Below are positions 11,446-24,556 of a stretch of DNA of 64,000 nt, one piece after another. The notes under the pieces were generated by a model that saw only the letters and a list, made by a program, of their open reading frames with translations, did not search any database and was not told where the DNA came from. The translations under genes were made by a program, and so were the position numbers. Position 1 is the stretch's first letter, and every line of letters starts with the position of its first letter. The stretch comes from Tubiluchus corallicola (taxonomy: Eukaryota; Animalia; Priapulida), in the NCBI GenBank assembly GCA_030141605.1, contig JAQGDQ010000056.1, positions 722,510 to 786,509 on the forward strand. Reading direction: 5' to 3'.

Positions 11446-14400
11446 ATGGATAAAAAAGAAGAAAAGGAGATTCAAGTTCCAATGCTTTTAGAGAAATCCA
11501 ACGAAGAGCAGAAAGACGAAAAACTACCCCTGTCCGTTCCGGGTATGAGAAACCAATTAGTTAAATTTTTTAATAGCTTGCCATTATTGGCCGTGCCGTT
11601 ATTACATGTACCATTATCTTGTATTCACAGAATATACTGTTATGATTACTGTTTGTATGCATGGTTCTCTATTTTGCTGATATTTACGCCTGCAAATCTT
11701 AGATGTTTCTGTGCATGTTTCAATGGAGGATGCCAGGGACTACTATTAGGGACAGTTTTAGTTTTTTTGTAGCTAAATAAAGATATCTTTAGTGAATCTA
11801 TTTAATTAGTTTTTTATTGGGTTGATAGGTCTCCGCTACTTCTTTTTTATCGTCTATGCAGGGCCGGGTTATGATCTTTTTGGGGTCGTAGGCTAATGAA
11901 ATTATGCAGCCCCTCAGACGAAGCCATCCCCTAACTCCCCTGCACCCATTTAGAATATTTTTCCTTATGATAAATGTATTTAATAGATGGCTTATATCTC
12001 AAACAAAGGACCTCACAGTAGGACCCTTTATCTCAAATAAAAGGCCTCAACCAGGGGTTCTTTTTCTCAAATAAAGGGCCACTTTCTTAAAATTGGGGTT
12101 CCAGACTCTCTGACATCCTTTTCTTACAGGTGAAATTAAGGTATATTAATTATTCAACAATACAAAATATGGCCCACTAAGCTTGAGGGGGGCCCAAGCT
12201 CGAGGGCCCTAGGTCGCAGCGTACACTAGGGCAGGGTAGTTTAATGTAGGGTAATGCAGCTTTATATCTACGTGAAATACTGCGATTTGTCCAGTCTTTT
12301 GCATACTGCCTTTTTTCTTTTCAAGACTTGGCTTGATATACAAACCCAACGAGATTTCCCACAAAAAGCACTGTAATTTGCAGCAAAGGCGTTGTCAACA
12401 AGGATAAAAAGATTATTTCTCTACCAGACTTTCTTCCTGGCATTGACAGCTCGTTTAATCTTGCAAGCTTTTTATAAACGTGTTCTTAACAGACACTGCG
12501 TGCGTGGTGTTTTAGAAATAACAGCGTAATTACCTTATTAGGTTATCATTTTATCCCGCAAGAAGGTCACTTATGCCTGTTTCACAAAAAGGCTGAAACT
12601 GAATATAGGTAAACAAATTCATACGAAGAGTTGTCATATACGTAAGAAAGGCAAGCAGTCAAAAGCAGGCCCCGAAATTTGGTGGAGCATGAACGCCTGC
12701 TTCATCGATGACGTCATGCTTCATCAAGCCCAGTTTCGTAAAGCCGTCACTAACTTAACGACGTCGTTATTAATAGTTAAGTGAATGTGATAACGACGTC
12801 GTTAACTTAGTGACAACTTTATGAAACCGACCCCTGGTCTTTAGTGGATCCTCCAAATATTGCATCAATAACCAAGAACACTAAGATGACGTACAACAAA
12901 TAGGCGCGCTATATTTACATCAAAGTTTACTGAAATACCTTTGCCATCGAGCATATTATGAATCGACGCCTTTCGAGGGTGAACAAAAAGGTAGTAAAGC
13001 AGTATGGAGGAGTTGGGGGGGGGGCGAACCCGCGGTAAAACCTCACTGAGCTGAGAAGTCTTTGGACGACGAAAATTTTGTATTGACTAAATCTTTTCTG
13101 CTTGAGAACGCAAACGGTTACGCCTCATAACATAGCCCAACTCGTCTGACCAACAAACATTTCTTCGGCTTAGTAGTAAGTCATGCTGCTCTTAAAATGC
13201 AAAAAGTTGTTTCAAGGTGCAAGTGGTGTTCATCCCAGTTTTTCGATTTATTATATTTTGACGATAAAACCTCTTGCGTACTGGATACCTTCTAAACGGA
13301 TATGTACGAGTTTGGTGGTAAACAACAAGCAGTTGATGTTTGGCCCGTATTCTGTATCTGTAATGAAGTGTGTCACACTAGCGCTGAAGCCAGCGGCATT
13401 TTATGGCATTTTCGGCAGTGACAAGGCATGCTTGAACTTTATACCTGTTTCCATTCCGTTTAGTGGTTGGTTAGTGCAGTGTGCGCTCGCTAACGTATTG
13501 ATATGAAGAGTGTTGTCCTTTCGTTGTCACACAACTTGTGTCACACCAGTTGTTAACAGGTTGCTGCGAAACATTAACAAGTGGTATGAAGAGGGTGCAG
13601 TTATGCGTTGAAATCTGGTGAAGAAGGTTACCAGCAGATGGCAGCTTAACTTTCTACAGTGGCATCTTGTGATATCGTTGAATTGGATAATATCCTTAAA
13701 TATAGATAAAAATCTTTAGGTTCTAGAAGATTAGAAAATTCTGAAGATTGTAGCATTTCTTCATCTAATAAGAAGCAGATTGCTGGCTTCCTAATAAGTT
13801 TTGTGAGGTTCTTTAGCTTTTTTGCTGCGGAGAAGCTTTTACTGGTAGGACTACCCAGTCAACATCCGGCGCATGATTTTCTTTGAACTCTCTGGTTACG
13901 TTGATGTTATTTTAGGTTATTGTTAGATCATCTAAACATTTATCATTGTTATAAACTAGGATTTTATGAAAAATTAGTCTCATCTTCTGGGTACATCAGT
14001 TACTGTCGTATCACTTTAACAGCGCTTCTGCATCTTTGAACTTTGTGCACGTAAAAATGCCTGAAAACTGATATGTTTTGCGTTTGTATATGAAAATTGC
14101 ATGCAGCGTCTGTAAGTTTTTCACGCACACAGAAGTAAAAAAACTTAGAAAGCCTTACGTTATTCTTAAGTCTTCTGTTACTTCCGTGATGAAAAACATA
14201 AATATGTTGCCTTTGACGTGCAGGTTTAGAGCTTATTCTAGAAACAGAAAACGGAAAACAGAGATGTACACTATGTAACATGTATGTTACAAAAAAGATA
14301 ATTATATGCTCTACAATTCCGCAATAAGAAGGTACAAATTCCAATTTTATGCCAGTGTCTTTTACTCCCCACAACTTACCGCTATTACAGCAGTACAAAC

Positions 14401-16040
14401 TTACTTGAACTACATAAATTTTGGATAATCTCAATCAAATCAAGTCAAGTAAATGCTAAAACGCCACAGCTTATCTCTTCCAAACTAAGCAACATGTCAG
14501 ATGCAGCTAATGCGAGGGTGTGCAACACATTTCTCAGCAATTACCGTAAAAAATAAATGGGTTTTTGTCTTCGTTATCGTATTCTTTTACTCACTTTTAT
14601 GCCTACCCGACAGTGACGTAAACGGTCACAAAGCGGCTACTATTTTTATGTAGGTTCAATAACTGCAAGTTGTGATAGTACTTAACGGTAGGCCTAATTA
14701 GAATAAATAGTTGGTGCGAGACCAAAACCTAACTTGTTATTAGAGATAGTGCTCTGAGATGCAACCGACTGAGATGAGATAAGGCAATGTCGTCTTTCTG
14801 TCTTACGCAACTAGAAGTGACGTAATGCTTTTTCAGCTAGATAAACAGTAATCAGTATAGTATCGCTGACAAAATCCTTTAGGAGCAGTTGTACTGGCGG
14901 TCATATGTTCATTTGTTGAGGAAGCTCGATATTGCTTAACATTTGGTTTTAAGCAAACATCGTGAGCACTCAGCTACATCCCCGCCAACTACTATTGCAC
15001 TCGGCTCTGCAAGATCTCTTTCCCCGTTTACATGTCTGTTATAGTACGTACTACAAACGGCTACAAGTGTTTGAACACTACACGGGTAGAAATGTTACAA
15101 GTTCTTCAAAACAATGCACTTATTTCGAAATGATGCCATATTTCAAAGAACAAGATCCCTAGTTCGGCCACGTTTCTTCCATAGAGTAAATGAACAGTGC
15201 AGCGTGCAAACAGTTTTATTTAGCATCTAATCCTACTCCAAAAATATAATCACAAAAGAAATGTGTAAAACATTGTCACGAGCTTAATTTAGTATTTTAT
15301 TTTGTTGAGACTTGAGAGTTGAGAGTTGGACACATATTGTCATCGTACAAGTTTAGAATGCCAGATAGGTGAAAAAAGCCCTAATGCAATTTGCGATCTA
15401 TTTTTATGATAAATTTACTAAAAAGAAGAATTACTAACCGCTTATGTAATGGGATTTTTGAGAGATTTCGAACAAATTGTCTAATTATTTTGTTAAATTG
15501 TTACGTTACCAAATTAAAGTTTGGTCGTTTTACAAGTCTCTAACAGTTGCTAAAATTAAGTTAAAATAGTCCATCTGAATATACGCATATAGGTGTTGCG
15601 TCGAATAAATATAGCTTACTGAATTCAAAATTTTAAGAACTGTAACTGTCACTAACTGCAGTGAAGACGAACGTTTGTAAAGTAGAAATATAAGAATTCG
15701 AGAAAAAAGTAAGCTTCCATCTTCTTATTTTTCATCTTAGCTTAATGAACCATCTTTTTAATAATATTATTAAAAGATTTTTATAGTACAGTGGATTAGT
15801 GGAAAATGGCACAAAAATGGGGACTTTTTTAAGAAAGAATAAAATACGCCTGTGACTTAATAGATATAGTGACATCTAAGAACGTAACAAACGTATTAGT
15901 GTATTTATTGTATTTATTTATAAAGCACTCTTTCAACAATTTTCTTTTCTTTTCTTTTCTTTTCTTTTCAGCAATTCACTTGTAGCACTGACAGGGAGAA
16001 AGAATGAGAGAGAGAGGAGAGAGAGAAGGGGGAGAGAGAG

Positions 16041-16139
<99 letters not shown>

Positions 16140-16862
16140 AGCGTGGTTGCTCATATTTTGACAAATCAGCAGCAGTTTCTTGTTAAAAGTTTTTGCCGTC
16201 ATTTGGGAATTGATTCGTTTTATTCTCCCCGTTACTTTACATTACGTCGCGTTACATGACTTTTAACGTTGTCCGTTAAGCACTGGCGAAAATTTGAAAC
16301 GACTTCGTAAATTGATGACATCTCTAGAGACGATCGAGTTGCGTATCTCTGTAGACAAACTGCACATCGAAATGTCTGAAGCTGTAAAATTCCTCAAAGT
16401 AATAAGAGAACGTTCACAAATATTGATGCAGAGTTAGTAATTCAATTCTGGAGCAAATCGTAGAATCATTTAGTATTGTTTTCTTTAAATCTGAGTCAGA
16501 AAAGTCTGAGTTTTGCAACGACAAATTGCAATAATTTGCAAATACAATTTTATTGAACGTATCATATTGATCTTTTGATAAACCAACTGATGCATGCAAA
16601 ATTAGCATATGATAGTCAGATTTTTCAAAACAAACTCCAAGCCAGTAGATAGTTCATTTTCAATAAAACAAATTTATATAGGATTTGGCTTATAAACACA
16701 CGCAAAAGTACAACAAGAATGAAACGAGTGAAAAGCACAACTGAAATATCAGTAATACATTTCACCATAGCAAGACCGACAGTTACGTGGTAGGTGCACA
16801 TTGTTTCTAGCAAAAGGAAATGCGAACTGTTTATGGTGTGAGAGAAAGAGAAAGAGAGAGAA

Positions 16863-16958
<96 letters not shown>

Positions 16959-19900
16959 AGAGAAAGTTTACAAAGTTCATTATCCGCATAACATATAAAT
17001 TTACGACGACAGTTTTAACTGTGACTGATGAATAACAGACTTCCTAAGTTGCACTTCTGTAATTTAGCGATAGTTGTTTTGGAGTAGAATTCGTTTTTGA
17101 CCGATTTACTGTAGTTGCTAATAGTAACAAGAGCATTGCAGATGTTCAAAAAATTACTTCTTACTTTGAAAGTATTGCCAGAAGTGTTGTTTGAGCTACT
17201 GCAAACATTGCAGAAAATTATGAGAGCACCCGGAGTTAATGCAAGATAGATTTAGCAATCAATGCAACTCACTTTAAGTAGTCTTTATTTCCAACTCATT
17301 CAGTAGAATGAGACGCCGTTGTAGTGGTATTTTGTGGCTAACTGCAAAGGAATTTTTTCAGTGTTTCAACTGGTAAAATACAAGAACTATATCACTCAAA
17401 GGGCATGCCAACAAATGCGCTAAACGCGGTCACCATGAGTGACACATAATGCACAAACTAGACCAGGGGAAGAAGCTCCATTAACTCCGTTGGTAACACT
17501 AACATAGGGACATTATTATGAGAATTGCAGTTGTGTACTTTGCCAGTGCGTTTTCTTCTGGATTCTTCGTCTTGTTCTGTTTGTCATAGAATCTTTTTGC
17601 TTGAGGTGAAGCCATTAATTGATAGACAGAATGGTGTGTTTAAATAGTCTTTAAATAAACTTTCAGTGCAAGATAACGGCCAAGACACGAGGGGGAAAAT
17701 CACAAAGTCCATTATAGAAACTCTGACTTAATTTGATTTTACAGTCATTTTCGAAACATCTCATTGGAGTATTTGATGGCATTTTCATAACGTATGCAAA
17801 CTTCCGTGCAAATTTCTATAGACGTAGTTAAATAAAGTAAATGAAAAACAAAGGACCAAGGTACCAAATCTAAAACTATGATGTAAATGATTTTGAGATT
17901 TATACAAATTGTAGGTATATTTAAATTCTGTTTATAATTAATCCAATTATGCGAATTAACTCATTAAATGCGCAAGATGCATTTTGATTCTATGGAAAAG
18001 TTGCACAGGACTCAATGCAGAAAACATGACATTTTTAAATCAATTACTTATAGGGTTTACCGTGATTATTATGCGTTATTGAGGAACCATCGGCTTAGAA
18101 CTTAATTTTTCATTCATAGAATAAACAGTACACCGCATATGTTCATACTTTTCAAAGAAATTCTTCAAGTATAGGCGTAGTTATTTGTGCAATTTCGTTA
18201 AAAGAGTTTTGCGTGAAATATATATAAATTTACTATTAATTTGTTTGCAGTAAAATTTGAAGGCGACAGAGTCTGAATTTTTTAGATTTTAGAGCCACTC
18301 TTATACTGTTCGAGGTTATTTACGGCTCTAGTGGAAGTTTAGAATTATTATTTTGTTGTAGTTGAAACGCTGTTAGTTGCTCTTTAAGCGTCCTAGGGCA
18401 AATCTTCGAGCTTGACCTGTTAAGTTATGATTAAACAGTTGGAACATTAAGATGTCGCATTCTAGAGTACAAAGTCGTACTTTCTAGAATTATCTTCCTG
18501 CGCTTCTCTTAAGATTTGGCGTACAAAGTGGCGCTTATCTTGTTTTAATAGCAAAAGAAAGACACATGAAAAAAACCTGTTTAACTTGGCACATCTTCAG
18601 ATAACTAGATCCTAAAAATAGTGAAAGTGCTCAAATTTATTTTTAACAAACTTGTTCAGCTTTGGTCCACTGCATGAACACTATCATGTGGAGCCTGCAC
18701 GCATGATTTTTGTCACCCTTTCCGAATCTTCCGAACCTCTTCTTCCGGGGCGATTCTTGTGTCACAACACTTGTGTCAATTTTTTGTATTTATCGTGTAT
18801 TTTTGAAAAGCTAAAATTGGTAACTTCATTGACTGTGGGCTCGAGGATTAATTACTAGGCACTGCCCTTATAGGAGAGCAGTAGCGCCAGTTTTTACTGC
18901 TATTTGCTTTATCTTTTTTAAGATTCCTAATGTAAGACAGGCTATATTAATAATACTAATAATTGTAATTGCTGCATCGAAGATGCTGCTGCACTGTAGA
19001 TACTAACACATAGAATTTGCAGTGGTTTCCAAATTCCGCTGTGCTTAATCATTTCCACCACTCAAATTTTACCTCAGGCCTGACAATCTTAAATTTCGAT
19101 TAACGTTTTTATTACATTTCATGGCTGCTGTTTGCTGGCTAGAGATGTGCATCCTGGTTGAACCCTGGCGGTTCAATAATAGTTTCAGCTTCACTGCTTT
19201 TCAGGTCATACTGTGCGTAACTTATGGTTTGTGCACACACAACGAGTAAACAGAGCAAACAGTCTCTCTTAGGAGGACGAAGATGATGGGCGAAGTCAAG
19301 GCCGAATCAGAAATTGATTATGCATTGCTCAGTTTCATCCATTTTGGGAAATCTTCACGAATTGGAGTGCTTTTAATGTGCAAAAAGTTTTTACTGAGCA
19401 AATATTGCAGTTTCATACAGTTACTGGTTACGTGCTTTCGTTTCAGTTCATTCCCCAGAGTACATTGTGTTGCACGTTAACAGCAGGATCGAATGAATAA
19501 TCCATGGGCAAATTACAGTGTTGCCGTTCTCTGCTGGGTTGTGAACTTATGTATTGATGCTGGAAAACTGCCGAGCAAGGAAAACGTTCTATTCATTGTA
19601 ATCATTCAAATTGTCACATAATGGATAATATTGCTTGTGATGCATATGTAGAAAACGAGTCTTCGAGTAAGTGTTAATTATGTTAATTATGTCGAGATGA
19701 CTTATTTCTGTATTCTTTCAAATTTAGGAATCAAGGGAACTTGTTAGGGCCTGCAAAACAACCCGATGCCTTCACTTCACACATGGCGTTTGCAGGCGAA
19801 TGCTTTGTCTGTTCAGATATTGTATTTTCTAAACAATGCATTTTATTGGTCTTATTGTGGAAGAAGCTTTTCAAAAAAAAACTTGCAATCGCTGGTGAAT

Positions 19901-22900
19901 TTTCATGTTTTACCGCAAGATAATAATGTATAACTGTTATAGCTTTACAAGCTACAAATCGCCAGTCGTTTAGCGAATTTTGAGAAACTGGTGTTGCCGA
20001 TTCTCTCAAGTCTCAAATGTTGACACGCAGATGACTCTTTAAACTGCCGTTATATAAAATAAGCAGTCTTCGTTTGGTGACAACCAATACTGACTGGTCA
20101 CTGCACTGTTCCCGTAATGGATTCAGCGTTTTCAATCACAGTTCTTTAATACCACGCAAAACTTTAAACATGTTTTAAGAGAGAAATTTGTACAATTCAT
20201 TATTTTAGAAAAAGCAGACAATAGTTAAGTAAATGCTACTTTGACATCGCGTTTGAAGTGTTGTATGCGTAACGCTTTCTTTGGGAGATCACCTATAATC
20301 TTGTAGTTTCGTCGCTTTCCAGTGGTTTTTCCAGACAATATACTCATAAGCATTCGCAAATATAGTAATAATGCAAATCTAATTTGATGAATCTCTTGGA
20401 ACTATGCAGTTATAAGTCAGTTCACTTCTTACTAAAATTGTCTCAGGATTGGAAATGTTATTAGACGAGCCTAAATACCAGAGCCTAGATTTCTGGTAGT
20501 TTGTACGTGCGTGGCTACAGTCAAAATCGATTCAGTTTTGACCTACTTTTCTCATCGTTATATAAATTCTGCTGTGCTGAGAAGCATCAATTTTACTTTT
20601 TGACATAAAAATTGGATGAAGCAAATAAACTTGGCATATTTTTACCGGAATGAATATTGCACGGCTTCCAGCATTTGCATTTACGTAATGCTCGATATCT
20701 CTCGCCCTGTATAACATCATTAATTGTGCCTTTCAAAATTTACTGGCTATTCAGTGTGCAACCTTTAGCACGAAAACGGGGTTGACTAATAGGCCTGTAT
20801 GCAAGCTTCTATTCTTGAGGTCTACATACTATCGGGTAGGAGGATGTTACAGTGTTCTAGGAAATCCAACAGCAAATGATGATTCAGTTGGTTAGTCTGT
20901 TACTGTGTTGTTGACGTTTCGGGCAGTAAAGCACTTTATTATAATACAGCAAATCAGCAAATTCTTTGCTAAGAAGCTAAGACGGTTGGCTAACAGCAAC
21001 AATAAGTCACTAATTAAGTGGTTGATCGGGTAACTCAGTCAGTCATTCACTGTCATTTATTCAACCATTCATTCTCTTAGTCAGTCAGTCAGTCAGTCAG
21101 TCAGTCAGTCAGTCAGTCAGTCAGTCAGTCAGTCAGTCAGTCAGTCAGTCAGTTAGGCAGTCAGTCAGTCAGGTTTTTGCTATACTACTAGGAGCTGGTT
21201 CATTTTGATTTCATTTAGAAAGCTGCAACTGTCTTTTTGATTTAAAATGCTCCGGGTCTTAATTAGAAGTTTAAATGACTTGAAAACATTGCAATAAGAA
21301 ATAATTACACAACTTTAGAATTGAAGGAAATCGAATTATTGCTTTACTTCCTCGTTATAATGAATAAACCAAATAGCAGTGTTAATCTTTGGAACCGTAA
21401 TTATTTTATAAATTAAACTTGGACAAATCTGTTATTGTTTGTTGACGTGCAGAAATTAATTAAAAAGCCTTTGGCTTCGTAATTACTTTCCTGAGCTTTG
21501 ATGGCTTCTATTTAATGCCAGTTTAAGTTGGCGTGAGTTGTGAAAATTTATGGTGAAGCGGCAGTGGCGATGGTGGCACAGCGGCAGTTGCAGTAGCTGC
21601 AAGTAAATGGGCATATACAGTTTAATGGACAATAAAATTTTCAAAGACAATATTATTGAGCGTGTGGGTGATATTTAACCTGAAAAAATATTGCACAATA
21701 TAATTGACGAAATCATTTTTATACAACCAAAATTTCACCAATAAGATTGATTCCTAAGTATAATTAAGAGTTGCGCGTGTCTTTTCACGGCAGCGACAAC
21801 ACTAATATTAAAAGTTATTTTTCTTATTTTTCAGAGGAACATATCAAGTTAAATAAGGAAGACCAGGATGGTACAGTGACTTTTGCCCTTCACTTGCACA
21901 GCAGTCATAAAGAAGGTTAGTGTAGCAAAACTAAACTTCTATATTTTAAATTAATATAAGTTTGCCACCAAAGTCATTTAATTGCTAATTACACACGTCA
22001 TACTTATATAAATTTAAATTGACAGTAGTGCCAAAATTAATTTTATTCAATCTTAGCTATTTCAGGGTGGCTGACTAGATAACCAACGGGTTCTTCGCCA
22101 CCATTCTCCTTTGCTTCAAACTTATTGTAAATATTGCTTATAATATGATAATTATTGTGGAGTTTATAAAATGAATTGAATTGAAATTGAAAAATTAAGT
22201 GCATGCCGGAGTTACTATTAGTACTGCAGTTGTACAAATCTGTTCAAACAAACAGATTTATTTATTGGGTAAAATTGTACTTCAAGAACATCATAAAATT
22301 TTATTGTTGGGCGGTACGTCTCATTTCACTAAGGAAATTGCAGCGGAATTAGTAGTAAAATTTAGTACAATATTATGGTGTATTAAAAACACGTTAGAGT
22401 TATGTACTGTAATTTCCGTAATTTTATATTTTTGTCAAGAAAGCCAAGCCAACGTATTTTTGTTATGGCGAACATATTAAATTTCTCTCAGACGAGCCAA
22501 TAGATTTTTGTGATGCGGATGTACAGTGGGAGCTGCACTTTAATTCTGGTATTTGCAAATACATAATGATATCCATATTTAGCTTGGAATCAGGTGGCCT
22601 GTCCGTTTAAGTGACACAAAAGAGACCAAGTGCGTTTAAATTACAATCATTGCACGCTTTTGCAGCGCGTAAGTGTCATAATATTAGACGCTAAGCAGGT
22701 GCTAAACAGCTTCTCTTAAAATTGTTTCAAGCATGATATCGTGTTGTGTGTAAGTGTGTTGATCTAATGGTGGTTTAGACATATGACCAGTATAATACAT
22801 TGTCATTTGGGTTAGTTCAGAAGCAAGGGTTGTGAAAAGTACACAAGCGACAAGTGTGTGTACTTTGCATTTGCTTTTAGGTGGGGTTGAGAATGTATCA

Positions 22901-24475
22901 AGTGAACATCCGTCCTCTACTGTCAAAACCAGCAGTCTCATTTATGGCGTTGATGACAGTCCACCAATGCACCTTGCTCTTATTTTTGGCCTCCAGGTAT
23001 GCATTAATGAATTTTTATTGTTTTTTCTGGCCGCATTCTACAGCCATCAAAGCTATGTAACGTCACTCACTGGATGTTAATTATAACTGAGAAGATCATT
23101 TTTTGTCTTGGTGTGGACTCTCTGTTGTTTTTATGCAGTGACTTGGTTGTTGGTCAGTTAAAGCTGCAATGCAAGTCGGTTCTGAATTTTGGCTTACTGG
23201 CGAAACCTAAAAATATGTTAAGTTATATTTGCAACTAAGACTTCTTACAATGCATGTTCGTCTGTAAATGCCTTTATTTTATTTCAGCAATTGTTCGTCT
23301 GTCTTGGTGGTATTTATTCAACTCCAGTAGCTGTAGCAAATCAAATCTGTGGAGAGCTGAATTCAGCTTTGAAAATAAAGATGTTTAGCAGTATGCTTGT
23401 GATTGTGGGGACTAACTCAGTGCTGATGGCGGGAATAGGCACAAGGTAGTAAAGAATACAAAATACGTGTACAGTGTACATAGGCTGTTACTCTTCAATG
23501 CATATGTAACTAGTATCTTCATGTACAATAGTGAAATGTGGGTCTTAACTGCAAGAAATAAGAAGCAGAAATAGATGTGTTTCAGAGAACTCTTAAAAAT
23601 GAAATGGCCGTATATCATATCAAATAAGCAGCAGCATAACAGAACGAAAGAAGATCTTTGGAACACTAAAATAAGATTCAAAAGACTAAGATGCTAGGAC
23701 ATTTAATGAAATTACCAGAAACAAAACCAGTAAGATTAGCATTAAACAAGGCACAGAAACCTGCTAAACGGCTCCCAGGTAAACCAAAAACATCAAGAAT
23801 TAATAAAGATTTACAATAGCTGAGATAAGAGTCACATTTAACAATAACATTAGAGTAATTGATAGTTTTAGTTGCTGACAGGAAACAGTGTGGTGCTTTA
23901 ATAAATCATAGAGGCTCTATGTCTACAATAGACTTTAAGAGAAACAGAAGAAGAAGAAGTACACGTTTTATATGAGAAAAATTGACTTCTTAAATTCAAA
24001 GACGGAAACGATGTATGAATGAGTTAAATAAATAAACAAAATTTCAGTTTTTTCCTTATCTTACCTGTTCAAGATAAAACAAATAAACATTTAAACGATA
24101 ATTATGCTCTGTTTCAGAGATTTTCGATCAGCTTAGAACAAGTTCTGACTTTCTTGGGTAACAATGTTATGAATAATGTTCACCGACGACAGAATGAATG
24201 AATTTATCTATTAAAATAAAAATGTCTTATTAACCAAAACAAGGTCGTCGCCAATATAATCCGCTAAAATACTGCAATCACCATGGCACGTTCTCAGTGT
24301 GTTATTTATATAGCATTTTATATTTCGCATTTCAGGCTTCCAATAATTCAAGGTGCAGCTTCGTCCTTTCTGCCTGCCATTGTGGCCCTAATGAATTTGA
24401 AAGAATGGCAATGTCCGGAAAATTGTAAGAGTTATTTCCTGTTAAACGACAATGTTGGATGTGATAATATGAGAA

Positions 24476-24556
<81 letters not shown>

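Noticed and set aside
15933-17035. ORFs with poly-(SL)/(RE) tracts
   Set aside because: They are translations of (GA)n microsatellites.
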